Virus record (IMG/VR): IMGVR_UViG_3300028591_000094
Location: 1-64,000 of that record
Origin: a virus
Taxonomy: Duplodnaviria; Caudoviricetes
Strand: one strand, 5' to 3'
DNA: 64,000 bases
Shown here: positions 46,596-56,117 of the stretch, in pieces
Position numbering within the stretch: position 1 is the first letter of the stretch
How the letters are laid out: every line of letters begins with the position of its first letter
The notes under the pieces: model-generated
Databases searched by the model: none
What the model saw: only the letters and a program-made list of their open reading frames with translations
Told to the model about the DNA's origin: nothing
Made by a program: the position numbers and the translations under genes

Positions 46596-48242
46596 TTAAA
46601 CATAATCAAAAGTGTTCATTACACCTTTATTACATTCACCACTTGCTTTCTTCTGCAAGTCTCTTCGGAACGATAGCAATACCTCTTTTACTTTCTCACG
46701 CTTGATACGCTTCGGTTCAAAAGATTTGTTATCACGTTGTTTTAAGAGTTTCTGCTGCAACACGGTTACAGCCACTCTGTTCCTTATATTAATCGCCGCA
46801 TTAACGTCGGCGTTGTCTTCATGCCCACATTCGATACATTCAAACGTTTCCTGATTCGGTCTATTCTCATCTTCTATACACCCACACACGGGGCACATCT
46901 TCGACGTATAACTCGCTTGGACTGTGGATACGGCGATATTGTACTTCCTCGCAATGTGTTCCACTTCATCTTTCAATGAACTGATGCTCAAGGCTCGGAC
47001 AATGCGATTGTAGTTAAGGTCATCGTTTACCTTGTCCTTGATGTACGAGCGACCGAACTGACCGTTTAGGTCTTCCATCACTATATGGTTCACTCCCTGT
47101 TCGGACAACTCCTTGCACATCGTCGCAATGGTTTGTTTCTCAATCTCGAGTATCTTGTGTGATATGATGTCTATCTTCTTCTGTCTACGTTTCGACGGCT
47201 TCCAATCACGACCGTATTGTTTCTTCAAAGTGTCCATACACTTGGATACCTCTGCATAAGCCTTGAGCAAGTCGCGGTCGTAATCATATGTGAGAGCACT
47301 AGAGAGCGTGAACATGTTGTGCTTGACATTCACATCGATACCCACGATATTGCTACCTGCCTCAGGAATGTATCTGTCCTGTTTCTTCGTGAGGATTACG
47401 ACCACCTGTTTCTTCCTCTCGTTGAATACTACGGTATATTCATAATCAGGATTCGATTTCTCATAGTCATGGATGCTTCCGTGATAGTCCTTGTTGAACT
47501 TGACTGGTATGTCAAAGGATTTTCTGCCGAGGCTGCTCAACGATACGAATGCGTTGATTACAGACCCGAAACGAGAGTTATAATCTATTATCAGTTTCTT
47601 ACGACTCCTGCCACGGAATGTGAGGGACTTGAATTCAATCGGATGTTCGGTGTACTTTTTGTAGGTGCGTTCCCTCCTTGACAGTGCAAGCGAATAAAGT
47701 CTATCGAATCCGAACTTCTCTATCTCACCGAGGATTGTCTTGTAGAACATCTGTTTCTTCTTGTCCGCCTTCGGCATTTGTTCGTTGATGTAGTCAATGA
47801 TTCCTTCATTACCGTATCTCGCGAGATATGAAAGTGTGATTGTGAGCGATGAGGACGTTTTGGTGTTTCTCACCTTCTTGAAGTCGCCTTTCTTATTCTT
47901 TTTGGTGTCGCGTTTGTACAGTTCACAACAGACGTAGTGGATGTTTTCGAATGTCAGTTTATGTTTAACGTTCTCGAATTTATTTTGGTAGGTGACGATA
48001 ACATCTTCGTAACACTGTTTGTCGAATGACGACGGCAGTTCTGAATATTTAGCCCGCATTTCCTTGAGGAAATCGAAGGTTGAAACGTCGAGGTAGTCAA
48101 ACAAGTGCTCACAGACGAATTGGGATATAACGTTCTTGTGTTCGCGGATTTTGACAGCAATATCAAGCAGTTCACCGTACTTCTGTGCAGTGAGGTTGTT
48201 CGAGACGAACCTTTTGCTGTATATGCTGTCGTGCTTAATCAT
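46596..48242 (-). CDS. tnpB: large TnpB/Cas12f-like RuvC nuclease (about 548 aa)
   Basis: GIDVNVKH, VMEDL, YTSKMCPVCG, CIECG, NADVNAAINI; ATG 48242 follows a structured leader. Confidence 0.85.
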   Translation of the reverse strand: MIKHDSIYSKRFVSNNLTAQKYGELLDIAVKIREHKNVISQFVCEHLFDYLDVSTFDFLKEMRAKYSELPSSFDKQCYEDVIVTYQNKFENVKHKLTFENIHYVCCELYKRDTKKNKKGDFKKVRNTKTSSSLTITLSYLARYGNEGIIDYINEQMPKADKKKQMFYKTILGEIEKFGFDRLYSLALSRRERTYKKYTEHPIEFKSLTFRGRSRKKLIIDYNSRFGSVINAFVSLSSLGRKSFDIPVKFNKDYHGSIHDYEKSNPDYEYTVVFNERKKQVVVILTKKQDRYIPEAGSNIVGIDVNVKHNMFTLSSALTYDYDRDLLKAYAEVSKCMDTLKKQYGRDWKPSKRRQKKIDIISHKILEIEKQTIATMCKELSEQGVNHIVMEDLNGQFGRSYIKDKVNDDLNYNRIVRALSISSLKDEVEHIARKYNIAVSTVQASYTSKMCPVCGCIEDENRPNQETFECIECGHEDNADVNAAINIRNRVAVTVLQQKLLKQRDNKSFEPKRIKREKVKEVLLSFRRDLQKKASGECNKGVMNTFDYV

Positions 48243-48432
48243 TCGATAAAAAAAAGAGGTTTGATTCGGAGTTGCAAAATGTGGAAGCTGGCAACAGGGA
48301 ATTAACCTCAATATGTCTACTTTGATAGGCTTCCACCTCTATCATAATATAAATATCACGAAGTTTTGAAAATGTTTGTTTTTTATTGATTATTTTTGTT
48401 ATTTATTTTGTTTGCTGTTGTATATCCCGCTT

Positions 48433-49260
48433 TTACATTACAGGAATGATGTTGAGTGCATCGAATCTTGCCCTGCCGTCCTCGTTCGTCAGGCAAAACG
48501 CAGGATGTATAATCCAAGGATGGCGCATGTACTCCATGGTGCCGTTCTCGCAAGGGGAAGTCATCATAATGTCCTCTTTGTAGATGAACCTGCCGAACTT
48601 CAAACTGTCGTCGAAACTGTGCCAGTCAACCCCCTTCTCAGCTTTCAGTTTCTCAATCTGCTGGTCGGCGTTGAGCTTTTCCAACTGTTTGTGGGGAAGA
48701 TAAGCCTGGGCGGTCTGAGCCTTGGAGTTACGGATGCAGTCTATTTGTCTGTGCAGGAGCCATCCGAACACATCGTTATAGCATGGTACGTTCCAACATT
48801 TGCAGTCAAATTGGGCTAACTTAAGGCTGGATATAGCGTTTTTGCATACCCCAATGTTAACCGAATTGGGACTTTCGGCTATCGAGCCCAACAGACGAAG
48901 TGTCATCAACTGGTTGAACTTTCCCGTTGCTAAAGACGCTATGATTGAGAGCATCTTGGTAAGGCGGTACCCGAAGAACGACTCGGTTGAATCGTTGTCA
49001 AAGTCGGTCAACACCAGTGAAATCTCATCGGATTGGACATATGCGAACTTGCACCCCGAAACGTTTTCGCAAACATATCTGGCGGTCTCATTCATCATCT
49101 CGATAAAATCGCCGTCAAACGGTTTCCTGAACTTGTTTTTGATAAGGTGCGAAAACGAACGCCCGTCCAGCATCACCATCACATAAGACCTGGGCATCAA
49201 CTTATAGTCGGTGAGTCCGCGATAGTAGTTCATTCTGTCTTTCAAAGTTTCGAATCTCAT
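48433..49260 (-). CDS. Thg1-like tRNA guanylyltransferase / 3'-5' polymerase
   Basis: LDGRSF, YVQSDEIS, FDCK, RQIDCIRNS, K.G.F motifs. Confidence 0.92.
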   Translation of the reverse strand: MRFETLKDRMNYYRGLTDYKLMPRSYVMVMLDGRSFSHLIKNKFRKPFDGDFIEMMNETARYVCENVSGCKFAYVQSDEISLVLTDFDNDSTESFFGYRLTKMLSIIASLATGKFNQLMTLRLLGSIAESPNSVNIGVCKNAISSLKLAQFDCKCWNVPCYNDVFGWLLHRQIDCIRNSKAQTAQAYLPHKQLEKLNADQQIEKLKAEKGVDWHSFDDSLKFGRFIYKEDIMMTSPCENGTMEYMRHPWIIHPAFCLTNEDGRARFDALNIIPVM

Positions 49261-49274
49261 ATTTCAATTAATAT

Positions 49275-50264
49275 TTAATTAATTTCCTTTATATAGAATT
49301 TGTCGTTGAATATGCAGTCGATATTCTCATACACGAAATGGTAATCCTTTTTCTTCGGTCTGATACCATGGTAGAGTTTGAAGATAATCGAATGGTATGG
49401 CATGGGCACGCACATCAGCTCGACACTCTTTGCATTCTTGAAACTGGCGTACCGACGCTCCTTTGCGTAAAACGTGCACCGTTTGTGGTTCTCCTTCTTT
49501 GAATAGAAGTCATATCCCCTCAGCGTGAACTCCTCGATATGGACGTTGGCACCAACTCTCAATGCAATGCCAACCTCATTGACGGGGAACTCTGTAGCCG
49601 CATCGGTTATCTCAAAAATCAGCTCGTCCGAATTCGCCACAACCAGCGTGCTGGGGTCGACACCACGCTCAATTATGTAATTATACACCTTGCCAATCAA
49701 ATGTTCCTCCACGGTGATATGGCGCTTGGGGTTCATCTTGCCGAAAATAACCTGACGGAAATATTTGGACTCCTTTATATAGTACAGGTCGGTGAACTTG
49801 GATATGAACTCCTCGTAGGTGCCGCTGTTCAACAGGATGTTTCGGTCGACATAGTTCAAAGCCTGGAAGTTACCCTTTGTCAAATCGATTGACACAAACT
49901 TTTTCCCGATATTCATCTCGTTATACAAACTCGAACACCTGGGTGCAAGTTTCACTTTCGGATACACACCCATGTCACAGTTGTTGAACGCAATGAACGG
50001 CTCGCTCGTGGAAACCGTCTGGATTACTTGCTCCCTAATTCGGTAGAACTCCTCCAGGAACTTCTCGGGATTGCCACCGAAGCGCTGGTCAATCAAGTCC
50101 CACAGTTGAAGCCATTTGGACTTGCACCCGAACTTGTTTTCATAAAGATTCAGGTGATACTTGAACATCCTCTCCCCCATTATGGGTATCGGGAGGCGGT
50201 AGTCGTTTACAAACCTCTGTGCAAGGTTCCAGTTGAATCTAAACTTTTTCTTCTTTTCAAACAT
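49275..50264 (-). CDS. hypothetical phage protein
   Basis: 329 aa; class-I promoter upstream. Confidence 0.75.
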   Translation of the reverse strand: MFEKKKKFRFNWNLAQRFVNDYRLPIPIMGERMFKYHLNLYENKFGCKSKWLQLWDLIDQRFGGNPEKFLEEFYRIREQVIQTVSTSEPFIAFNNCDMGVYPKVKLAPRCSSLYNEMNIGKKFVSIDLTKGNFQALNYVDRNILLNSGTYEEFISKFTDLYYIKESKYFRQVIFGKMNPKRHITVEEHLIGKVYNYIIERGVDPSTLVVANSDELIFEITDAATEFPVNEVGIALRVGANVHIEEFTLRGYDFYSKKENHKRCTFYAKERRYASFKNAKSVELMCVPMPYHSIIFKLYHGIRPKKKDYHFVYENIDCIFNDKFYIKEIN

Positions 50265-50384
50265 ATCTATTCAATATTTAATCTCCTTTGCTTATATAAC
50301 GCAACGAAACCCCTTTTTTGTACGGACAACTGGAAAAAAATTCAAATAGGTGAAAACAAAAAAAGCCACATTCAACGATGTGGC

Positions 50385-50822
50385 TTATGCCGTTTTTTCT
50401 TTCAGTATCTGTGAAACAACCTTGCCGTTGACGGTGGGATACTGTTTGTGAACCTCGTCCATGATGAACTTCATGTCCTTCATCGACGGAGTGTGGTCGA
50501 GCTTTCCGATTGCACTTTCAACACAATCCCTTATCTCATCCTCAGACGCCTCCTTGGGTAAAAATCCTTTGACAACTTCCAAACCGAAACGCTCGTTGTC
50601 TGCAAGGTCTGAACGACCGCCAGCAACAAACTGCGCAATTGAATCCTCAATGGAACTCTTCATCTTGGTCAGCATCTTCAGCTCGGCATCCTCGGTGTAC
50701 TCGGCACCAGACTTCTCAAGCACCAGCATGTTGGACTTTACCATCCTCAGCACCGCCAGCGTCTGCCCGTCCTTCTCTTTCATGGCGCCCTCGATGAGAG
50801 CGTCGATTCTGTCTTTTAACAT
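50385..50822 (-). CDS. GatB/YqeY domain protein
   Basis: AMKEKD...LAVLRMVKS...SIAQF..GGRSDLA..E...FLP...KDM..IM. Confidence 0.88.
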   Translation of the reverse strand: MLKDRIDALIEGAMKEKDGQTLAVLRMVKSNMLVLEKSGAEYTEDAELKMLTKMKSSIEDSIAQFVAGGRSDLADNERFGLEVVKGFLPKEASEDEIRDCVESAIGKLDHTPSMKDMKFIMDEVHKQYPTVNGKVVSQILKEKTA

Positions 50823-50867
50823 GATAGTATTGTTTTTGATTGAAAATAATAATTGAATTCAGATTTG

Positions 50868-50939
50868 CAGAGGCGGCAAGACTTGAACTCACAACTTTAG
50901 TTTTGGAGACTAACATGTTACCAATTACACCACACCTCT
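50868..50939 (-). tRNA. tRNA-Trp(CCA)
   Basis: TTAGT-CT CCA AA-ACTAA. Confidence 0.88.
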
Positions 50940-51031
50940 ATATCCACCATTCATCATATTCGAACGGTGGCAATGTCACCTAAACTCTATTGTTTCACCT
51001 TTATGTCGGAAGCAAAGGGAGCCGACACGCG

Positions 51032-51120
51032 AGGAGAGAGCGGGACTCGAACCCGCGCCCCAGGTTACCCCGAAGAATTGATTAGCAATCAACCGCAGTA
51101 CCAACTATGCTTACCTCTCC
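51032..51120 (-). tRNA. tRNA-Ser(GCU)
   Basis: long variable arm, TT GCT AA loop. Confidence 0.88.
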
Positions 51121-51171
51121 GTAGCAAAAGACCTATAAGTTCTTGCCTATAAGACTTTCGATTTCTTGGTA

Positions 51172-52640
51172 CCGTATAGAAAAATCTAATAAAAACTGGA
51201 ATTATTAGTTTTTCCTTCTTGCTTCAACGAATCACTGCTTTTTAGGTTTGTTACCAAACGGTCATCCACAGTTGGGTTCTCCGCAAGCGTAAATTCGGTG
51301 TTACGGACACCTATTGTTCTTATTCCTTCATTCAAGATGTTGATTGCAGCATTCACATCCCTGTCGTGATGCTCGCCGCAAATCGGACAAACCCATTCAC
51401 GGTCGCTCAAAACCAAGTCCTTCTTGATGTAACCGCACTTGTGGCAGGTCTTGCTGCTCGGATAGAAACGGTCAACCAAGACAACCTTCTTGCCGTTTAG
51501 TTCCGCTTTGTCGGTCAGAACTTGTCTGAACCGATACAATCCGATTTCTTGTATCGCCTTTGAAAGTTTATGGTTCTTCAACATTCCTCTGACATTCAAA
51601 TCCTCCATACAAACCAAGTCGTAATCTTTAAGCAGGCAATTCACGACATAGTAGATGTATGCTTCCTTTTGGTTAGTCAATCGTTCAAACGCCTTCGCAA
51701 TTCTGACACGTTGTTTCTCTCGGTTGTGTGAACCTTTGACTTTCCTTGACAGTTGCTTCTGCAACCTCTTGACTTTTTGCTCTTGCTTTTTGAAGAAGTG
51801 CCTGTTATCAAAGACCTCACCGTCACTTGTAATCACAAAGTCCTTCACTCCGAGGTCTATACCAACGCATTGTTTAGTGTGTTTGAATTTGATAAGTTCA
51901 TCCTGCGGTATGTCAACAAGGATTGAAAGGAAGTAGTTGCCGCTCTTGGTTCTCGAAACGGTAGCACTCCTTATGCAATCTTTGTAGTCTTGAAGTCTCT
52001 CGTAATACAAGTCCGAACATCTAAACTTGATGTCCTTGAGGTCTTGAGTTAAAGTTATTTTTCTTTCATTGAATGTGTTGCGCTTTGAAATCGCTTCTGA
52101 CGGAAACAGTGCCGACTGCTTGTCCTTCTTTGACTTGAACTTCGGGAATCCGTTGTGCTGCTTGAAGAACTTTGAATAAGCGTCAAGCATTTGACGGATT
52201 GACTGTTTCATCACCTTTGTGTTCTGTTCTTGCAACCAAGCATAGTTCTCGTCTTTCAATAATGTTCCGTGAAACCACTTGGAAATGTCAGTTAGTTTAA
52301 GATTGGTCTTATCCTCGTCATAGGCATTGCGCTTGAATTCAAGGGTCTTGTTATACACAAAGCGGTAGCATCCAAGTACCTTGTCAAGTCTTGTCTGCTG
52401 TTCCTTGTTCGGATATAACCTTACCTTGATTCCTCGCAACATATCAATAAAAAAGAGGCATTAAACTTGCGGTTAAAAATGTGGACAGAACCGACAAGGA
52501 TAAAACCTCTATATATCTTATGTTATTTAGAAACGACTGTCCACTTTCGTTTCTTTATTTATAAATAGTCTGAAACTACAATATATTTATACGAGTTAGT
52601 TTTTATCAGTTTTTCATAGATTTTATTAGATTTTCAAGGA
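51172..52640 (-). mobile_element. non-autonomous tnpB element (IS607-like ends), boundaries approximate
   Basis: AAAATCTAATAAAA in inverted orientation near both ends; right end TACGG shared with the remnant at 53482. Confidence 0.55.
51186..52442 (-). CDS. tnpB: RNA-guided endonuclease TnpB
   Basis: HTH RLYPNKEQ...GCYRFVYN, GIDLG, MEDL, SSKTCHKCG, CPICG, DRDVNAAINI. Confidence 0.95.
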   Translation of the reverse strand: MLRGIKVRLYPNKEQQTRLDKVLGCYRFVYNKTLEFKRNAYDEDKTNLKLTDISKWFHGTLLKDENYAWLQEQNTKVMKQSIRQMLDAYSKFFKQHNGFPKFKSKKDKQSALFPSEAISKRNTFNERKITLTQDLKDIKFRCSDLYYERLQDYKDCIRSATVSRTKSGNYFLSILVDIPQDELIKFKHTKQCVGIDLGVKDFVITSDGEVFDNRHFFKKQEQKVKRLQKQLSRKVKGSHNREKQRVRIAKAFERLTNQKEAYIYYVVNCLLKDYDLVCMEDLNVRGMLKNHKLSKAIQEIGLYRFRQVLTDKAELNGKKVVLVDRFYPSSKTCHKCGYIKKDLVLSDREWVCPICGEHHDRDVNAAINILNEGIRTIGVRNTEFTLAENPTVDDRLVTNLKSSDSLKQEGKTNNSSFY

Positions 52641-52649
52641 ACTGTTATG

Positions 52650-52720
52650 TACCCCCATAGGGACTCGAACCCCAATTCTGGGTTTAGAAGACCCATGTCC
52701 TTCCGTTGAACGATAGGGGC
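52650..52720 (-). tRNA. tRNA-Arg(UCU)
   Basis: TGGGT-CT TCT AA-ACCCA. Confidence 0.92.
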
Positions 52721-52739
52721 GTTAACCGCACTATTGATG

Positions 52740-52810
52740 AGCTTGGTCTTGGAGTCGAACCAAGTCAGACAGTTTTGCAGACTGTTGCCACGCCGCATGG
52801 CTTACCAAGC
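52740..52810 (-). tRNA. tRNA-Cys(GCA)
   Basis: ACAGT-CT GCA AA-ACTGT, U73. Confidence 0.85.
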
Positions 52811-52824
52811 AGAATTTTTTTTTG

Positions 52825-52879
52825 AACCCCAAGTCGGAGTCGAACCGACACACTTCGCGAAGTCACCTCCCGTTGGGGC
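52825..52879 (-). ncRNA. minimal tRNA-like RNA (acceptor and T arm, no D arm or anticodon loop)
   Basis: GCCCCAA/TTGGGGT, GTCGG-TTCGACT-CCGAC. Confidence 0.55.
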
Positions 52880-53146
52880 TGTTGATTGGGGTTTCATAGT
52901 AAAAAAAAACCGAGTAATTTGACGAGCTACGGACTGAGGAAACGACGGCTGGATACGTCGATTGCATTACCGTTTACGGTTTTACCCTCTGTTGCGTTGC
53001 ATTCATATAGCACCTCACGGTAACCAACACCTTTCACAGAACTGACGAAACATTGTAGAATCGGTCTCACCAATGCAAATACCGCGAATCTCGCAAAGGC
53101 TTACTTCTGTTCTACTCGGTGGTCTGTACTCGGTCTTTATGCGTCG

Positions 53147-53226
53147 TGCCCCTGGCAGGACTTGAACCTGCACGCCTTTCGGCACTTGCTCCTAAGGCAA
53201 GCGTGTCTGCATTCCACCACAGGGGC
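53147..53226 (-). tRNA. tRNA-Leu(UAG)
   Basis: CTTGC-CT TAG GA-GCAAG. Confidence 0.92.
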
Positions 53227-53232
53227 ATATAG

Positions 53233-53306
53233 AGCCCCGTGCTGGACTTGAACCAGCGACCTGCTGTTTACGAGACAGCCGCTCTAGCCAGCTGAGCTAA
53301 CGGGGC
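53233..53306 (-). tRNA. tRNA-Thr(CGU)
   Basis: GCTGT-CT CGT AA-ACAGC. Confidence 0.93.
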
Positions 53307-53481
53307 GTTTGCCAGCGGCTTGTTTCCAGACAGATTTTGACGCGGCGCAGACTTAACGTCTTTTCTTGATTGTGGTCTCAACCATAGCCAGTTGTTTCAC
53401 ACGGGCTCTTACCGTATCGGATAGCGTTTAACCACTCCGTCGCTCCTCGGTACTTAGCGTCTGACGGTTCTATCTGTTGTG

Positions 53482-53845
53482 CCGTACACAGAAACTTATG
53501 AAAACTTGTGATTTTCATCAGTTTCCGCTTCCTGCTTCGACGAGCCGCCGCTTCTTAGGCACGTCTCCGTGCGTTCGTCCACGGTTGGGTTCTCCACAGG
53601 CGTGAATTCGGGTCTACGGAACCCTATTATTCTTTCACCTTCCATAAGGATATTAATCGCAGCATTCAAATCCCTATCGTGATGTTCACCACACACGGGG
53701 CAAGTCCACTCACGTTCGCCAAGGGTCAATCCCTTGTAGACATAGCCGCACTTATGGCAGGTCTTGGAACTGGCGTACCACCTGTCCACCTCCACGATTT
53801 CCTTTCCATTCAGGGAAGCCTTGTCCATGAGCACGGACTTGAACC
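53482..53845 (-). pseudogene. tnpB: 3' fragment of tnpB with right end / omega-RNA region
   Basis: RFKSVLMDKASLNGK...SSKTCHKCG...DRDLNAAINI; right-end sequence homologous to 51172-51300. Confidence 0.85.
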
Positions 53846-53903
53846 TGCACGCCTTTCGGCACTTGCTCCTAAGGCAAGCGTGTCTGCATTCCACCACAAG
53901 GGC
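53835..53903 (-). pseudogene. truncated duplicate of tRNA-Leu(UAG) fused to the tnpB fragment
   Basis: near-identical to 53158-53226; 3' T-stem end and acceptor strand lost. Confidence 0.85.
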
Positions 53904-53931
53904 AATTCGGTTTTTGTTTGTTTATGTATTG

Positions 53932-54005
53932 GGTGGCAGGTCAGGCTCGAACTGACGACCTACGGAACCACAATCCGCCGCTCTGCCATCTGAGCTACAA
54001 CCACC
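53932..54005 (-). tRNA. tRNA-His(GUG), encoded G-1:C73
   Basis: GCGGA-TT GTG GT-TCCGT. Confidence 0.9.
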
Positions 54006-54047
54006 ATGTAAAAAAATGCCCCTGTTTTCCGACTCAAGCAGCATTCG

Positions 54048-54118
54048 TAGCCCATCGGGGACTCGAACCCCGCTCCAATGGCTGAGAACCATTCGTTCTA
54101 CCTCTAAACTAAAGGGCT
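54048..54118 (-). tRNA. tRNA-Glu(CUC)
   Basis: AATGG-TT CTC AG-CCATT. Confidence 0.88.
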
Positions 54119-54333
54119 ATGGTCAGGAGACGGTTTCACAGGCTCTTTCCCGTACCTCCCTACACCTACGTAGGGCGCTCGATTGTGTTACTTGGAGTAG
54201 TCAGTCGGTATTGTACGCGTCCATCACCAACCTCTATGACCTTTCGCTTCGGGTTTCCACAATTACTTTCATTTGAGCGTCCTCTCATTACTGGCACTTG
54301 TTTCAGCCGCATCCTGTTTGTGAGCTATCTCGC

Positions 54334-54420
54334 TGGTGGTCCCTCTGGGATTCGAACCCAGGACCCCCTCCTTAAAAGGGAGGTGCTCTCGCTTACGCTA
54401 ACCAACTGAGCTAAGGGACC
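54334..54420 (-). tRNA. tRNA-Lys(UUU) with expanded D loop; CCA encoded
   Basis: CCTCC-CT TTT AA-GGAGG; extra GCGTAAGC in the D loop. Confidence 0.85.
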
Positions 54421-54582
54421 AATTCAGTGGATTTTGTTTAACGTATGCAAGGCTCCACTCAAGCACCCACGGGCGGGTTCCTATCTTTTGCGGCTTGTCC
54501 GCCAGCCGTCGTACTGGGCATCCTGACTTTCAGCACGCTTTGCCTCCGTTTTTACCCTTTGCGGACGGTATCAGTACGGCAG

Positions 54583-54666
54583 TGTCTCCGAGAGGATTTG
54601 AACCTCCATGGGGTTTCCCCCACCAGCCCCTCAAGCTGGCGCGCCTACCAGTTTCGCCACGAAGAC
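54583..54666 (-). tRNA. tRNA-Leu(GAG)
   Basis: CCAGC-TT GAG GG-GCTGG. Confidence 0.9.
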
Positions 54667-54829
54667 ATATTAAAAATGAAAAATAAACCGCACCCAAGAT
54701 GTTGCTCGACCAACCTTCTTGAAATTTCCCTTATCCGCATTCAAATCTCACGTGCGACTGAACTTGTTACGGTTGCTGAACGCGCCCTTTTTCGAGAGGG
54801 CTCATGGCCGTTGTGGCTTATTTTCATTG

Positions 54830-54902
54830 TGTTCCCGCCTGGGCTCGAACCAGGGACTTTCTGGATGTAAGCCAGATACTCTACCGACTGAGTTACAGGA
54901 AC
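54830..54902 (-). tRNA. tRNA-Val(UAC)
   Basis: TCTGG-CT TAC AT-CCAGA. Confidence 0.92.
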
Positions 54903-54952
54903 AACGGGGTGACTATAGCCTATCCAGCGTCACCAATACTGGGTAGGTTTTG

Positions 54953-55025
54953 AGCACCGTGTGAGAGTCGAACTCACCATAACCTGCTTGGAAGGCAGGA
55001 ACCTTAGCCGCTCGGCCTACGATGC
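54953..55025 (-). tRNA. tRNA-Gly(UCC)
   Basis: CCTGC-CT TCC AA-GCAGG. Confidence 0.85.
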
Positions 55026-55038
55026 GTTGGTTGTTTGT

Positions 55039-55290
55039 GTGCCTGGGAGGACTCGAACCTCCATTGACTGCATGCACCAAGTCTTGCTTTCTGAAATGCA
55101 TCGTCCTACTTTCGTCTCATAAGTCTTCATAAGACTCCGTAGCCGTCTTTCACGGCGTCTCCCACTATAGGGCGCAGGTATCCCAAATTCCCCGTCACAA
55201 ACACAACTTGGCGGATTGTCAGGCGTCTCGATTACCGCCATTATCTCAGTACGTCCCTGACTGACGTTCACGCCTACACGCCACATGGCA
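55039..55290 (-). ncRNA. giant tRNA-scaffold RNA (~250 nt)
   Basis: TGCCATG/CAGGCA acceptor-like stem, GCGT/ACGT D-like arm, GGAGG-TTCGAGT-CCTCC T arm, ~200-nt structured insert. Confidence 0.55.
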
Positions 55291-55366
55291 TGACATTCTG
55301 GTGTACATATACTTGTCTCACAAATCGTGAGACAGGGTGTTCAGAAAAACCATAGGAATATTCACT

Positions 55367-55972
55367 TTAGTAATATTTTTTTCTGCCCCTACGACCTGAT
55401 TTGTTATGAGATTTATAATTATCTGTAAGTGAATGGCAGTTAGGGCACAGTACTTGAAGGTTATCTAAATTATTATTTGTATAATTACCATCAATATGAT
55501 GTATTTCAAGCGGAATTGTTTGTGTATATTCGTTCCGTTCACCCCATCCACATTTTTCACATTTATAATGGCTTTTTTTCAACAGATATTTTCTAATAAA
55601 ATGTGACAAATTATATTCGCCACTTAAACCGTTGCATTCTCCATTCAGCCACAGTTCCACGTGTTTTTGCTGTCTATACTCACCAGAACATTTCGTTGAA
55701 CAAAATTTATTGGTTGAACTATAGGAATGTTCAAATTCACACCCACAATTCAAGCAAACATGTTTCACCTTTTCTTTTATCGTTTTACCTTTATTAAAAT
55801 GTTCGTTGGGATTTATTTGGCGTTTATTTTTTAACTCAATACCCAACTTTTTACATGCTTTTTTTATTGTGTTAGAGCTTACACCATAATTGCGCCCGAT
55901 TTCACAATATGATACGTTTTCTTGAATCATCTTTTCAAGATTTTCCTTTTCGTTAGACCAATTAATCTTCAT
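55367..55972 (-). CDS. free-standing HNH homing endonuclease
   Basis: CEKCG...LEIHHIDGN..NN...NLQVLCPNCH; N-terminal HTH; MKINW start follows TATTTATA. Confidence 0.9.
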   Translation of the reverse strand: MKINWSNEKENLEKMIQENVSYCEIGRNYGVSSNTIKKACKKLGIELKNKRQINPNEHFNKGKTIKEKVKHVCLNCGCEFEHSYSSTNKFCSTKCSGEYRQQKHVELWLNGECNGLSGEYNLSHFIRKYLLKKSHYKCEKCGWGERNEYTQTIPLEIHHIDGNYTNNNLDNLQVLCPNCHSLTDNYKSHNKSGRRGRKKYY

Positions 55973-56029
55973 TTGAATTATAGTTTTATTATAAATATTT
56001 AATAAAACAATAATTCGTTTTTTTTTTCG

Positions 56030-56112
56030 AGCCAAGGACAAGATTCGAACTTGCGCGGACTTTCGTCACTGGGTTACAAAACCAGTACATTCAACCACTC
56101 TGTCACCTTGGC
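56030..56112 (-). tRNA. tRNA-Thr(UGU) with long variable arm
   Basis: TT TGT AA loop; V arm GAC-GAAA-GTC. Confidence 0.75.
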
Positions 56113-56117
56113 AAAAT

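Noticed and set aside
48243-48311. Extended N-terminus of the 571-aa ORF
   Set aside because: The region is the structured leader shared with the other tnpB; ATG 48242 occupies the equivalent position
54425-54580. RNase P RNA (GAAAGTC...AACAAAA)
   Set aside because: The P4 strands do not pair as required; kept only as an unknown ncRNA candidate
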